A DNA stretch of 58,060 nucleotides, taken from a virus. Its lineage: Duplodnaviria; Caudoviricetes. Shown here piece after piece: positions 17,321-26,470 of the stretch. The notes under the pieces are model-generated. The model made no database searches. It was not told the origin of the DNA and saw only the letters and a program-made list of their open reading frames with translations. Positions within the stretch are counted from its first letter, which is position 1, and every line of letters starts with the position of its first letter. The DNA is taken from positions 1 to 58,060 of the IMG/VR virus record IMGVR_UViG_3300011444_000012, one strand, 5' to 3'. The position numbers were made by a program, and so were the translations under genes.

Positions 17321-17914
17321 ATGATAGGACAAGAAGAGCAGAAATTAGTAGGTCGAGATACCTGCTTGATAGATTTACCAAACGAAATTTGGAAGCCAAT
17401 ACCGAATTATGAAGATAGGTATATGGTTAGTAATATCGGAAGGGTTAAGGCTATATTTAGAGTTGTACCCTACAATAAAGATAAAAAAAGAACTTCGTAT
17501 AGAAGTGAACGTGTTATGAAGCAAAAAACGAGAAGCGAGTATTGTGTAATTTCTCTTTTAAAGGAAAAGAAAAGAGCATGGCCTCCAGTACACAGATTAG
17601 TGTTAATAGCATTTGTTGGGATGGTTGAAGGCAAAAACCAGGTTAATCATAAGAATGGCAATAAATACGACAATAGACTTGAAAATTTAGAGTGGTGCAA
17701 TGGAAAAGAAAATATCCAACACGCAATAAGAACAGGGTTGAAACCAGATATTGCAGGGGAAAAGCATTTCAAGGCGCAGCTTACAGAAAATGATGTATTA
17801 AGAATAAGAAGCCTTAGAAATATTGTAATTTATAAAGATTTGGCTAAAGAATATAATGTTGGGTTTTCTTGCATTGATAAAATAATGGGCAGAAGAACTT
17901 GGAAGAATATTTAA
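17321..17914 (+). CDS. NUMOD4-HNH homing endonuclease
   Basis: EIWKPI..YE..Y.VSN.GRV; VHRLV..AF; VNHKNGNK.DNRLENLEW. Confidence 0.93.
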   Translation: MIGQEEQKLVGRDTCLIDLPNEIWKPIPNYEDRYMVSNIGRVKAIFRVVPYNKDKKRTSYRSERVMKQKTRSEYCVISLLKEKKRAWPPVHRLVLIAFVGMVEGKNQVNHKNGNKYDNRLENLEWCNGKENIQHAIRTGLKPDIAGEKHFKAQLTENDVLRIRSLRNIVIYKDLAKEYNVGFSCIDKIMGRRTWKNI

Positions 17915-17926
17915 AACTATCTAATA

Positions 17927-19141
17927 ATGGCTATTGGGAAAGAAGAAGTTGATTTGGTAAGCGGGTTGTTCTCGTTTTTGAGCGTGAAACCTATAATTTT
18001 TGACGCTGGTTCAAACAAGGGATGTTGGGCAGATATAATGCTAAAAGAATATGGTGATAACTGTACGATTCACCTATTTGAGCCAAATAAAATGCTTTTA
18101 GACTATACACGCATTAAGTATGAGTATAGAAAGAATATTGTTTATAATGAAATAGCTATTTCATTATATGAAGGTGAAAAGGATTTTTATTATTTTGAGA
18201 ATTTCAATAATGAGCTTTCGTCTCTATATAAGCAGGATTGGTGGGAAAAAGAACTACCAATGAAAGTAGGAGTAGTTAAAACCACATCCATTGATAAATA
18301 TTGTCAAGATAACGGTATTAAGTATGTTGATTATTTAAAAATTGATTGTGAGGGCGGCGATGTAGAAGTATTTGCAAGCGCAATAAGATTTCTTAAAGAA
18401 GAAAAAATACGGTTTATTCAAATAGAATATGGGGGGCATTATCAAACATCAAAAAAGAAATTTCTTGATGTAATAGGGATAGCAAATGCAATGCAGTACC
18501 AAGTATATTCATACGATGGGAATAATTATAATGAAGTAAAAAAAGAAACTTTCCAAGAAGACTACCATTACGAAAACTACATAATAACCAAAGAAGAAAT
18601 ACATAACTATACAGTAGGATGGGATAGAGAGTTTATTGAAAGCACAAAGGACTTGGGGAAGTTTGATTTTGTACTGGAAGTTGGATGCGCAGAAGGGCTA
18701 ACATCTAAGTATATATGCGAAAACTTGCTTGAAAATAACGGGAGAATGATAGCTGTTGATCCGCTAAAGGATGTTTATAGGGAGGGGCATGAAGATTATT
18801 ACACCTTCTTCAAGCAGCAATACCAAAGATTTGTAAGAAATACAAGAGGACTACCAATAGAACTATTCAGGGAGGATAGCAGAAAGGTGCTGCCAAGATT
18901 CCATGCTTTTAGATTTTCGTTATGCTATATAGATGGAGACCATAGTGAAGAAGTGGTTTACAGAGATGCGGTTAATTGTTTCCCTATAACTAAACTTGGC
19001 GGGTATATATTATTTGATGATTGGGATAACTGGAGCAAGGAAACGAAAAGAGGGATTGATACATTTTTGATGGAATATGAGACCAAATACGAGATAATAA
19101 AAAGCGGCTATCAACTACTAATAAAAAAGACAAATGATTGA
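17927..19141 (+). CDS. Fusion of FkbM and Methyltransf_24-like methyltransferases
   Basis: FDAGSNKG, FEPN, LKIDCEG; second domain LEVGCAEG, YIDGDH, GGYILFDD. Confidence 0.88.
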   Translation: MAIGKEEVDLVSGLFSFLSVKPIIFDAGSNKGCWADIMLKEYGDNCTIHLFEPNKMLLDYTRIKYEYRKNIVYNEIAISLYEGEKDFYYFENFNNELSSLYKQDWWEKELPMKVGVVKTTSIDKYCQDNGIKYVDYLKIDCEGGDVEVFASAIRFLKEEKIRFIQIEYGGHYQTSKKKFLDVIGIANAMQYQVYSYDGNNYNEVKKETFQEDYHYENYIITKEEIHNYTVGWDREFIESTKDLGKFDFVLEVGCAEGLTSKYICENLLENNGRMIAVDPLKDVYREGHEDYYTFFKQQYQRFVRNTRGLPIELFREDSRKVLPRFHAFRFSLCYIDGDHSEEVVYRDAVNCFPITKLGGYILFDDWDNWSKETKRGIDTFLMEYETKYEIIKSGYQLLIKKTND

Positions 19142-19694
19142 TTTAAGCACAAGAGAAACATTGATTGCTACTTTACCGAAAGAAGGCTTTGTTGCTGAAA
19201 TAGGGGCAGAAGGCGGCAACTTTGCCAAGCGGATATTGAAGATGAATAACCCAAAAGAATTGTATTTAATTGATTGTTGGGAAAACCAAAGTGAAGATAT
19301 TTACGGCAACGATCCAGCCAATAATTCAAAAGAAGTAAAAGACGCACAATACAGGAACGTGGTTGAAAAGTTTTGGCATGACAGGAATGTTTATGTCATT
19401 AAACGTTACTCCAAAGATGCTGCGCCACTATTCGCAGATGGGTACTTTGATTGGGTTTACATAGATGCTAATCACTTACAGGCAAGACAAGATATTGAAG
19501 CATGGTGGCCTAAAGTGAAATCCGGCGGGATAATTTGCGGCCATGATTATACAATGTGCGGTGATTATATAACAGTAAAAAGAGATGTAGATGAATTTGT
19601 TGCAGAGCATAACTTAGATTTATTTGTAACAACGGGGGCTAATGGCGATATTTACGAAAAGAATTATCCTTCGTGGGGATTCAGAAAACCATAA
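19134..19694 (+). CDS. Class I SAM methyltransferase (Methyltransf_24-like)
   Basis: AEIGAEGG, IDCW, FDWVYIDANH, GGIICGHDY. Confidence 0.9.
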   Translation: MIDLSTRETLIATLPKEGFVAEIGAEGGNFAKRILKMNNPKELYLIDCWENQSEDIYGNDPANNSKEVKDAQYRNVVEKFWHDRNVYVIKRYSKDAAPLFADGYFDWVYIDANHLQARQDIEAWWPKVKSGGIICGHDYTMCGDYITVKRDVDEFVAEHNLDLFVTTGANGDIYEKNYPSWGFRKP

Positions 19695-19697
19695 CTA

Positions 19698-21170
19698 ATG
19701 AATAAAAGACAGGTAGTAATCTTTGTAGCCGATTCGAATTACGTAGATCATGTAAAATCATTAGCCGTTAATTGTAGGGAACACGGGAACTATAAGGGGG
19801 ATTTCGCTGTAATATGTCCAACAGGTAGCGATATTAAAAAGGAATTTGAGCCGTATGGATTTCATATCTTAGAAAGGGGCAGCACTACATTCTTCCAAAA
19901 GTTCTTTGTATTTGATGAATACTTCAAGCGTTGGGATTCTGCTTGTTATATGGATTGCGACATTATCATTCAGGATGATATGCAAAGGCTATTTGACCTA
20001 CTCAATAATGACGGCAAATACATTTACATGGATACAGAAGATGGCAGTACAATGCTATCATTCTGGAGAGATACCAAAGCCAATGAGCATAAAGATGTAT
20101 ATGATTGGATGCGCACCAATTACCCCCATGTAGATAGCCAAACATTTAATTCATCAGTAATAGTATTTAAGCCTGAATCTATACCTGCCAATGCACCACA
20201 AACTTTAATATGGATACAAAACCAAATTGAAAAAGTAAATAGCGCAGTTGAAGGTGGAACGGATCAGCAAACAATCAACCTATTACTTGCGCCACAATGC
20301 AAAAGAATACCAAGTAAGCTATCAACTTTTTGGGGATTAGCAGAACCACAGAATGACGTAGTATCGGAAACAAGAGGATGGGTTGGCGGGGAAGTTCCGG
20401 TAGCAATACATTACACCAGGTGGTACGCAATGTGGAATAAAAAAACACCAGACGCAGATGCTTACCTGATTCGTAAGTTTAATATGCCTACTTTCGAATT
20501 TTATCATCAAAATCTTGAAAAGTTCAAAGACTTACCAAAATCAACAGCAGAACTACCACCTATGACTTTAGGAGAACTATTCAATCATTTTGGTTCAGAT
20601 AAAGAATCAGGGCATCTATACGCACAATACTACGAAAAGCATCTACCAAAGAAAGTAAATAAGCTAGTAGAGATAGGGGCTTGGAAAGGAAGCGGTATTA
20701 CAGCCTTTAAAGAATATTACAAAAGCGAAGGAACATTTTACTCACTTGATAGGTTTATATTAGGTCATGGGTTAATAACTATGGGTGAATTGATGGCAAG
20801 AAAGATTGTACCAATACAAGGAGACCATGATGATTTTACTTTCTTGAAAAGTATTAAAGAGCAGTTCACCGTTATCGTAGATGATGGAAGCCATCATTGG
20901 AAATCACAAATAAACCTGTTCAAAAAACTGTTCGAAAATAATATGGAAAGCGGTGGAGTATATGTATGTGAAGATATTTTTGATGATGCATATTGGGGGC
21001 AAGGATTAATAAAAAAGAAAGAGCAAAACATAAAAGGGCTATTAGAAAAATACCAAAGAGGCGAAAGCATGGCAAGTGATTTTATATCAGAGTACGAAAG
21101 CATTACCCTTGCTTCAATGATTGATGAAGTATTTATTTATGATAATATTGTTTTTGTAACTAAAAAATAA
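19698..21170 (+). CDS. GT8-like glycosyltransferase fused to a sugar O-methyltransferase (MycE-like)
   Basis: YMDCDI, FNSSV, DQQTIN, IHYT; C-domain FGSDK..GH.Y, VEIG, IVDDGSH, GGVYVCED. Confidence 0.85.
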   Translation: MNKRQVVIFVADSNYVDHVKSLAVNCREHGNYKGDFAVICPTGSDIKKEFEPYGFHILERGSTTFFQKFFVFDEYFKRWDSACYMDCDIIIQDDMQRLFDLLNNDGKYIYMDTEDGSTMLSFWRDTKANEHKDVYDWMRTNYPHVDSQTFNSSVIVFKPESIPANAPQTLIWIQNQIEKVNSAVEGGTDQQTINLLLAPQCKRIPSKLSTFWGLAEPQNDVVSETRGWVGGEVPVAIHYTRWYAMWNKKTPDADAYLIRKFNMPTFEFYHQNLEKFKDLPKSTAELPPMTLGELFNHFGSDKESGHLYAQYYEKHLPKKVNKLVEIGAWKGSGITAFKEYYKSEGTFYSLDRFILGHGLITMGELMARKIVPIQGDHDDFTFLKSIKEQFTVIVDDGSHHWKSQINLFKKLFENNMESGGVYVCEDIFDDAYWGQGLIKKKEQNIKGLLEKYQRGESMASDFISEYESITLASMIDEVFIYDNIVFVTKK

Positions 21171-21173
21171 GAA

Positions 21174-21380
21174 ATGAATCAGCTAGTAAACAAAATAGAT
21201 GAATCTATAGTTAAGGTATATGAAGACGGTAGTTTAGTACCAACCGTTTACGAAGGTTCATACGTTATTGAAGACGATACTTCATTCAGGTACTTTATAT
21301 TTTCTGGTTCAACCATTGTAGATAAAATACCTTATGTTAATACACAATATACTATTGAATATAGTGCTGACGAAGCGTAA
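21174..21380 (+). CDS. Hypothetical protein
   Basis: 68-aa ORF in the operon. Confidence 0.6.
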   Translation: MNQLVNKIDESIVKVYEDGSLVPTVYEGSYVIEDDTSFRYFIFSGSTIVDKIPYVNTQYTIEYSADEA

Positions 21381-21391
21381 AAAATAAACCT

Positions 21392-22066
21392 ATGCTAATA
21401 TCATTACCAGAAATAGTACAGAAATATAATCTTAATACAAAAGGCGTAGTCCAAGTGGGGGCGCATTGGGCTGAAGAACATGAAATTTATGTTGAATTAG
21501 GAATAAAAAATATAGTGTATATAGAACCATGCAGGAATGCGTTTAATGTATTAATGTCTAAATTTGTAAATCAAGAAGAAATTAATGGGGTTATATTATT
21601 TAATTATGCTTGCGGGGAAAATGAGGGGGAATTAGATATGTTTATTTCTGATAATAATCAGGGGCAAAGCAATAGTCTTTTGAGACCAATGTTGCATTTA
21701 GAACAGCATAAAGAAATAGTGTTTACTCACCATGAATCCGTTAGAGTTATCGCATTAGATAAATTGTCATTCGACAAAACAAAATATAATTTGCTTATTA
21801 TGGACGTTCAAGGCGCAGAGGGATTGGTATTAAAAGGAGCAACAGAAACACTAAAGCATATTGATTGCATATACACAGAGGTAAATAGAGGACAGACCTA
21901 TGAAGGGAATATGGAAATATATGAAATGGATGCTTACTTGTCTAATTTCGGGTTTGTTCGTGTAGAAACTTATTGGCCTTCGCCTTCATGGACTTGGGGA
22001 GATGCGGTGTATATATCTTACGAATTGGATCATTTTTATAAAACAGGAGTTAGGCTTAACCCGTAA
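21392..22066 (+). CDS. FkbM-family methyltransferase
   Basis: GVVQVGAH.AEE, MDVQGAEG.VLKGA, YTEVN, WGDAVY. Confidence 0.92.
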   Translation: MLISLPEIVQKYNLNTKGVVQVGAHWAEEHEIYVELGIKNIVYIEPCRNAFNVLMSKFVNQEEINGVILFNYACGENEGELDMFISDNNQGQSNSLLRPMLHLEQHKEIVFTHHESVRVIALDKLSFDKTKYNLLIMDVQGAEGLVLKGATETLKHIDCIYTEVNRGQTYEGNMEIYEMDAYLSNFGFVRVETYWPSPSWTWGDAVYISYELDHFYKTGVRLNP

Positions 22067-22071
22067 TTATT

Positions 22072-22890
22072 ATGATTAATACACCAGATTGGACTAGACC
22101 AAGAATTAATGTTGTGTACCCGCCAAATTCATTCACAGAGTACGAGCGTTGGTATTATGAGAATTTTGAAGGAGAACAAACAGATAGAGAATACCTTCCT
22201 ATATTCTATTGCGGCTACCAAGTAAATCACGATTACGGCAATGATGTTCAAGCGATGTATGAACTACAAAGCTATGTAGATAGCCTTCCAACAGATAAGA
22301 AGTATTACACTATTTCGCAATACGATAACGGGGTAGGAGTAGATTGGAAAGGTAAAGATGTACTTGAATTTAACATGAGCAAGAAAGGCGAAAATATGTA
22401 CCCGCTTCCACTTATAGGGCAACCACATCCATACGTATTCAATTCAGAGAAGAAGTATTTGTGCAATTTTGTTGGCGGCATGACACATCCAATAAGAAAC
22501 CATGCGCTAACATTAAAAGATAAAGAAGGGTATTATATTTCTTTTGAAAGGCATGATCCATTGGAGTATTGTAAAATATTAAGTGAAAGTGTTTTTACTT
22601 TATGTTATAGGGGATATGGGATTAATAGCTTTAGAATAGCTGAAGCATTACAGTACAACTCAATTCCGATTTACATAAGCGATGAATTTATTGAGCCACA
22701 TAATGTACGGTTTCAATCTTATGGATGTAAAATGACAGTACAACAATTTGACGAAGCCGAACTATTTATGTCAATATCAAGAGGGCTTGGTTTAAAGGGT
22801 GATACAACAACAACGCAGGTTTATCAAGAACTATACACCTACGAAGGAACAAAAGACAAAATATTAAAGCATTTATTAACTTTGAAATAA
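22072..22890 (+). CDS. Exostosin/GT47-like glycosyltransferase
   Basis: FVG..THPIR, S.FTLC.RGYG.NSFR..EAL...IPIYISD. Confidence 0.85.
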   Translation: MINTPDWTRPRINVVYPPNSFTEYERWYYENFEGEQTDREYLPIFYCGYQVNHDYGNDVQAMYELQSYVDSLPTDKKYYTISQYDNGVGVDWKGKDVLEFNMSKKGENMYPLPLIGQPHPYVFNSEKKYLCNFVGGMTHPIRNHALTLKDKEGYYISFERHDPLEYCKILSESVFTLCYRGYGINSFRIAEALQYNSIPIYISDEFIEPHNVRFQSYGCKMTVQQFDEAELFMSISRGLGLKGDTTTTQVYQELYTYEGTKDKILKHLLTLK

Positions 22891-22898
22891 AAACTAAC

Positions 22899-23297
22899 AT
22901 GGCTACTTTACAAAAAGAACCAACAAAAACAGAAGAACCAGTACCAGTTGCTAAGTATGAAATCAAAAATCCCATTTTGTCGGCGCAACTTATAAGAAAA
23001 TATCCCGACAAAGATGTGCCTTACCCAAGTGAAGACGCAAAAGGGATTGCCGATAAAATGTTTAAAAACGAAAACAGGATAGAACTTGAAAACGTTTTAT
23101 TTGATGTTGATGATGCTCAAAAAGGCGGCAGGAAGGAAGTGAAAATAAAAGGTGATTTATCGGACAAAACACATCATTCATTATTCCAAATGGGGTTTAG
23201 AATGAAAATGGGGTATGAACAGAAACCCGCACACATGATTAACGCTAATACGGATCACGTTGATTTTAACAAAAGTTGGACACTTATAACATGGTAG
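22899..23297 (+). CDS. Hypothetical protein
   Basis: 132-aa ORF. Confidence 0.65.
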   Translation: MATLQKEPTKTEEPVPVAKYEIKNPILSAQLIRKYPDKDVPYPSEDAKGIADKMFKNENRIELENVLFDVDDAQKGGRKEVKIKGDLSDKTHHSLFQMGFRMKMGYEQKPAHMINANTDHVDFNKSWTLITW

Positions 23298-23950
23298 CAG
23301 ATTGGCAACGGTACTTCCATCACATCTTCTGTATAAATCTTAAAAAGAGAACAGACAGATTAGAAAGAGTACAATATATATTTCAAGAATATGGTATTGA
23401 TGCTACTATCTATGAAGGCATTGAATGTGAAAAAGGTGCAGTAGGATTGGTTTTAACCATGAAAAAACTGTTTACTGAATGCTTGGATAATGGAATTGAT
23501 AGGGTATTGGTTTTTGAGGATGATGTGAAAATGCTGCATGATCCTTACACTTTCCATAACACAATGAATAAGTGTGTTGAAGATTTAAAGCGGGTAGATT
23601 GGCAGCAATTCTATTTAGGTACACAACACCCAAAACCTTTCTTTAGATGGGAAACGGAGAACATATTGCCAGTAGAATTAGCCTTTAGCACTCATGCAGT
23701 AGCGTATGGTAAAAGAGCAATGGAAGCAGCCGAATGTGCTTTTATAGACGAGCCTATTGATAACTGGTGGGTAAGGGAGTTCCAAAAGTATAACCTAAGT
23801 TTTTGCAGCTATCCAATATTATGCACACAAGAAGCCATGTATTCTGATATTGGCAATGATTATATTGATTGGGATGTTTACATAACACCAACGTTTGAAA
23901 GGCACGTTAGACCTATATTACATGACAGATTTAAAAAACAAAAAGTATGA
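23291..23950 (+). CDS. Glycosyltransferase family 25-like
   Basis: FCINLKKRTDR, LVFEDDV, FYLG, STHAVAY, PIDNW, Q...YSDI. Confidence 0.87.
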   Translation: MVADWQRYFHHIFCINLKKRTDRLERVQYIFQEYGIDATIYEGIECEKGAVGLVLTMKKLFTECLDNGIDRVLVFEDDVKMLHDPYTFHNTMNKCVEDLKRVDWQQFYLGTQHPKPFFRWETENILPVELAFSTHAVAYGKRAMEAAECAFIDEPIDNWWVREFQKYNLSFCSYPILCTQEAMYSDIGNDYIDWDVYITPTFERHVRPILHDRFKKQKV

Positions 23951-24216
23951 ATAAAGTTCCCTATACTCCATTGGGACGGAGAATATTAATTAAAGAAGAT
24001 GATGCCATAACCAAAACAGACGGTGGTATCATTATACCGGATTCAGTTCAGCTTCGTAGAAATACAGGAGAAGTAATAGCCAAAGGGCATGAATCAACGT
24101 TTCCTTTTGAAATAGGGGATAAAGTAATGTACCCACAAGGTTCAGGTACAGAACTAACCATAAATAAAGAAAAGTATATTTTGATGTTTGAAGAAACCAT
24201 TGAAGGTATTTTATAA
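23947..24216 (+). CDS. groES: Co-chaperonin GroES
   Basis: PLGRRILI....TDGGIIIPDS....TGEVIAKG...GDKVMY. Confidence 0.9.
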   Translation: MNKVPYTPLGRRILIKEDDAITKTDGGIIIPDSVQLRRNTGEVIAKGHESTFPFEIGDKVMYPQGSGTELTINKEKYILMFEETIEGIL

Positions 24217-24245
24217 GTTTCTCATAAGCTCACGTAGTCAGTTGC

Positions 24246-24275
24246 GTCCGGTTCTTTCCAGAATCGGACTTTTTT
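24246..24275 (+). terminator. Intrinsic terminator ending the glyco/GroES operon
   Basis: GTCCGGTTCT-TTCC-AGAATCGGAC plus U6. Confidence 0.8.
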
Positions 24276-24289
24276 GTTTCAAAAAATGT

Positions 24290-24317
24290 TACATTTACAT
24301 TCAAAACCAATTCTAAC
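24290..24317 (+). promoter_or_regulatory. Putative late promoter/leader motif TACATTTACATTCAAAACCAATTCTAAC
   Basis: Near-identical copy at 45993-46021. Confidence 0.65.
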
Positions 24318-24321
24318 TAAC

Positions 24322-25182
24322 ATGGCGAAGCCTGTAAATTCTGTTTTTCTAAAGATAGAAAAGCCCATTCAGGATGAAATAATATTAGGCAACGGCATTA
24401 AACTTTACTTAGCAGGAGAATACAACAGGCAATGGAACGCTACCGTTACAGGGGTAGTAACCGCACTCCCAGACAATCCACAAGGCAGATACGCAGATAT
24501 ACCTAAAGAACTTGAAATAGGTGATGAAGTAGCTTTCTCTTATCAGGTAGTAAGTGATATTGCCTTTGATAAGGTAGGCAATCAGTTTATGCCTGTCATT
24601 GAAGAAAACCCATACTGCCAAAAGTTTGTCAATGCAGACGAACTAACTATAACCATGACGGCAATACCGCCAATCTTCGGTAAGTTCAATAAGATGTGGA
24701 TTGGGTTATTAACAAACAAATACGGGGATAGACTTGACGGTTTCCAGGGGGATGAAAGCGGGGTTGAACGATGGCTTTCCCAATTCCAATTTTCAGGAGT
24801 GCAAAACTTCCGGTTCAATAACCTAATGGAAGTGCAAGGCAAAGACTTCTGGAAATGCAACTACGAATACCTATATGCAAAGAAAGTGGGGAATAAGATA
24901 GTGCCATTGGGGGAAAGGGTTATTTGTGAGCCAATGGAAAGATCAATAAAAGAAATGATAGAAATAAGTGCCGCAATAAAACTTCCAAATGAGAGCGTAA
25001 AGGTACGGTTGTATGATAGGGCAAAAGTATTAGCAGGCGGTGAAAAAATAGGAGTTGAAAAAGGTGATGTGATTTCGTTTGAACCGAACTATGTTGAAAA
25101 ATACAGTCTGTTCGGGAAAGAATATTTCTTGATAAAAGAGCGCAGGGTTTTAGGCAAATGGACTGAAAATATACTTAACTAA
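24322..25182 (+). CDS. Protein with two GroES-like domains (start revised to 24322)
   Basis: N-domain TGVVTALP..EIGDEVAF; C-domain PLGERVICEP..GVEKGDVISF..EYFLIKERRVLG. Confidence 0.65.
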   Translation: MAKPVNSVFLKIEKPIQDEIILGNGIKLYLAGEYNRQWNATVTGVVTALPDNPQGRYADIPKELEIGDEVAFSYQVVSDIAFDKVGNQFMPVIEENPYCQKFVNADELTITMTAIPPIFGKFNKMWIGLLTNKYGDRLDGFQGDESGVERWLSQFQFSGVQNFRFNNLMEVQGKDFWKCNYEYLYAKKVGNKIVPLGERVICEPMERSIKEMIEISAAIKLPNESVKVRLYDRAKVLAGGEKIGVEKGDVISFEPNYVEKYSLFGKEYFLIKERRVLGKWTENILN

Positions 25183-25823
25183 TGGCGTACACGATTTTCG
25201 ATACGTACAACTTCATGGTTTACATTGTCAGAAAGCAACGAGGTGGCATGATTTCCATGAGTGAAGCGCAAACCGCATTAGGCAGAGGGCAATTAGACGC
25301 TGTTGATGCATGGTTTGAGATTTATGGCACTACCGAAAAAATACACGATGCTATAAGACAGCTAAGAGTATTTCAACCGTTTACAAGCGATTCGGCGGGT
25401 GAGGTTGCTTTTCAAGCAGATTACTTGCATTTATTGGGTAATCCGTTTACGGTATATGGCAGCACCATTACTAAAATGAGATTTATAAGCGAAGATGAAT
25501 TTGCTAACGCAATGACAAGCCAATTAAGGGAGGTATCAAATGATTATCCGATTGCTGTTAATTCAGATACTGGATTTACTATCTACCCGCAACAAGTTCA
25601 GGTAGGTAGTTATTGGTATATTAGAACACCTAATGAACCAATAATAGGGTACACCCAAACGGGCAGAACGATAACTTACGATCCAGGCAGCAGCGTTCAA
25701 TTAGAATTTACAGATAACTATATTAATAATATCATAGCAAGAGCGTTGGTTTATGTAGGAGTTAATTTGGATGAAACGGGGGTAGCTGCATTTGCTCAAC
25801 AATATAAAACAGATACAGAATGA
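25182..25823 (+). CDS. Putative tail tube/ring protein
   Basis: Size, position and Y.R.P motif resemble crAss-like ring proteins. Confidence 0.55.
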   Translation: MAYTIFDTYNFMVYIVRKQRGGMISMSEAQTALGRGQLDAVDAWFEIYGTTEKIHDAIRQLRVFQPFTSDSAGEVAFQADYLHLLGNPFTVYGSTITKMRFISEDEFANAMTSQLREVSNDYPIAVNSDTGFTIYPQQVQVGSYWYIRTPNEPIIGYTQTGRTITYDPGSSVQLEFTDNYINNIIARALVYVGVNLDETGVAAFAQQYKTDTE

Positions 25824-26470
25824 GCAGTAAACGCCAACTTTCGGAGCAAGTATTATATAGGTTAGCGTCAGGATTTCCCGATATGAGCTTTGAGATAGAT
25901 GAACGAGACTTGTTTAAAAAGATAGAACAGATCATAAATGCCAAGTATAAACTTAGCCAACTAACAGCAAATCTTCCGGCAGGGGAAACAATACCGGACA
26001 ATTTGAATGTAGCCACTTATGAGAATGTAGCGGTTACTTCAACGGTAATAAATAAGTCTAAAGCCGTATTACCAGTAATGCCAATATCGCTTACAAGGAA
26101 TATGGGCATCTTCTCTATCTATCCAACAGGTTACCCCGATAGCCCTTTTATTCCAGTTCAAAGGGGGCAAATGGCGTTGTTAAAAACAGATAGCTTATTA
26201 GGGGATATGTTAGGACAAGTAGCGTATGAGCCAAGTGGTAAAAACATTTTATTCTCACAAGATTTACCCATGTATGAGGTAGATACGGTAACAATGGAAT
26301 TGGTGGTATTGGATATAAGTTTATACGGTGCGACAGAACCACTTCCAATTCCAGCAGATTCAGAAAACGATTTAGTGGAAGAATTGGTAAAAGAATTTTC
26401 GCCTGTTACGCCAGCTACGGGCATAGTAAATCCTTATAATACTGTTGGTAATAAATTAGAAAACAAATGA
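25820..26470 (+). CDS. Putative tail tube/ring protein
   Basis: Position and C-terminal PIP..E..LVE helix pattern. Confidence 0.5.
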   Translation: MSSKRQLSEQVLYRLASGFPDMSFEIDERDLFKKIEQIINAKYKLSQLTANLPAGETIPDNLNVATYENVAVTSTVINKSKAVLPVMPISLTRNMGIFSIYPTGYPDSPFIPVQRGQMALLKTDSLLGDMLGQVAYEPSGKNILFSQDLPMYEVDTVTMELVVLDISLYGATEPLPIPADSENDLVEELVKEFSPVTPATGIVNPYNTVGNKLENK

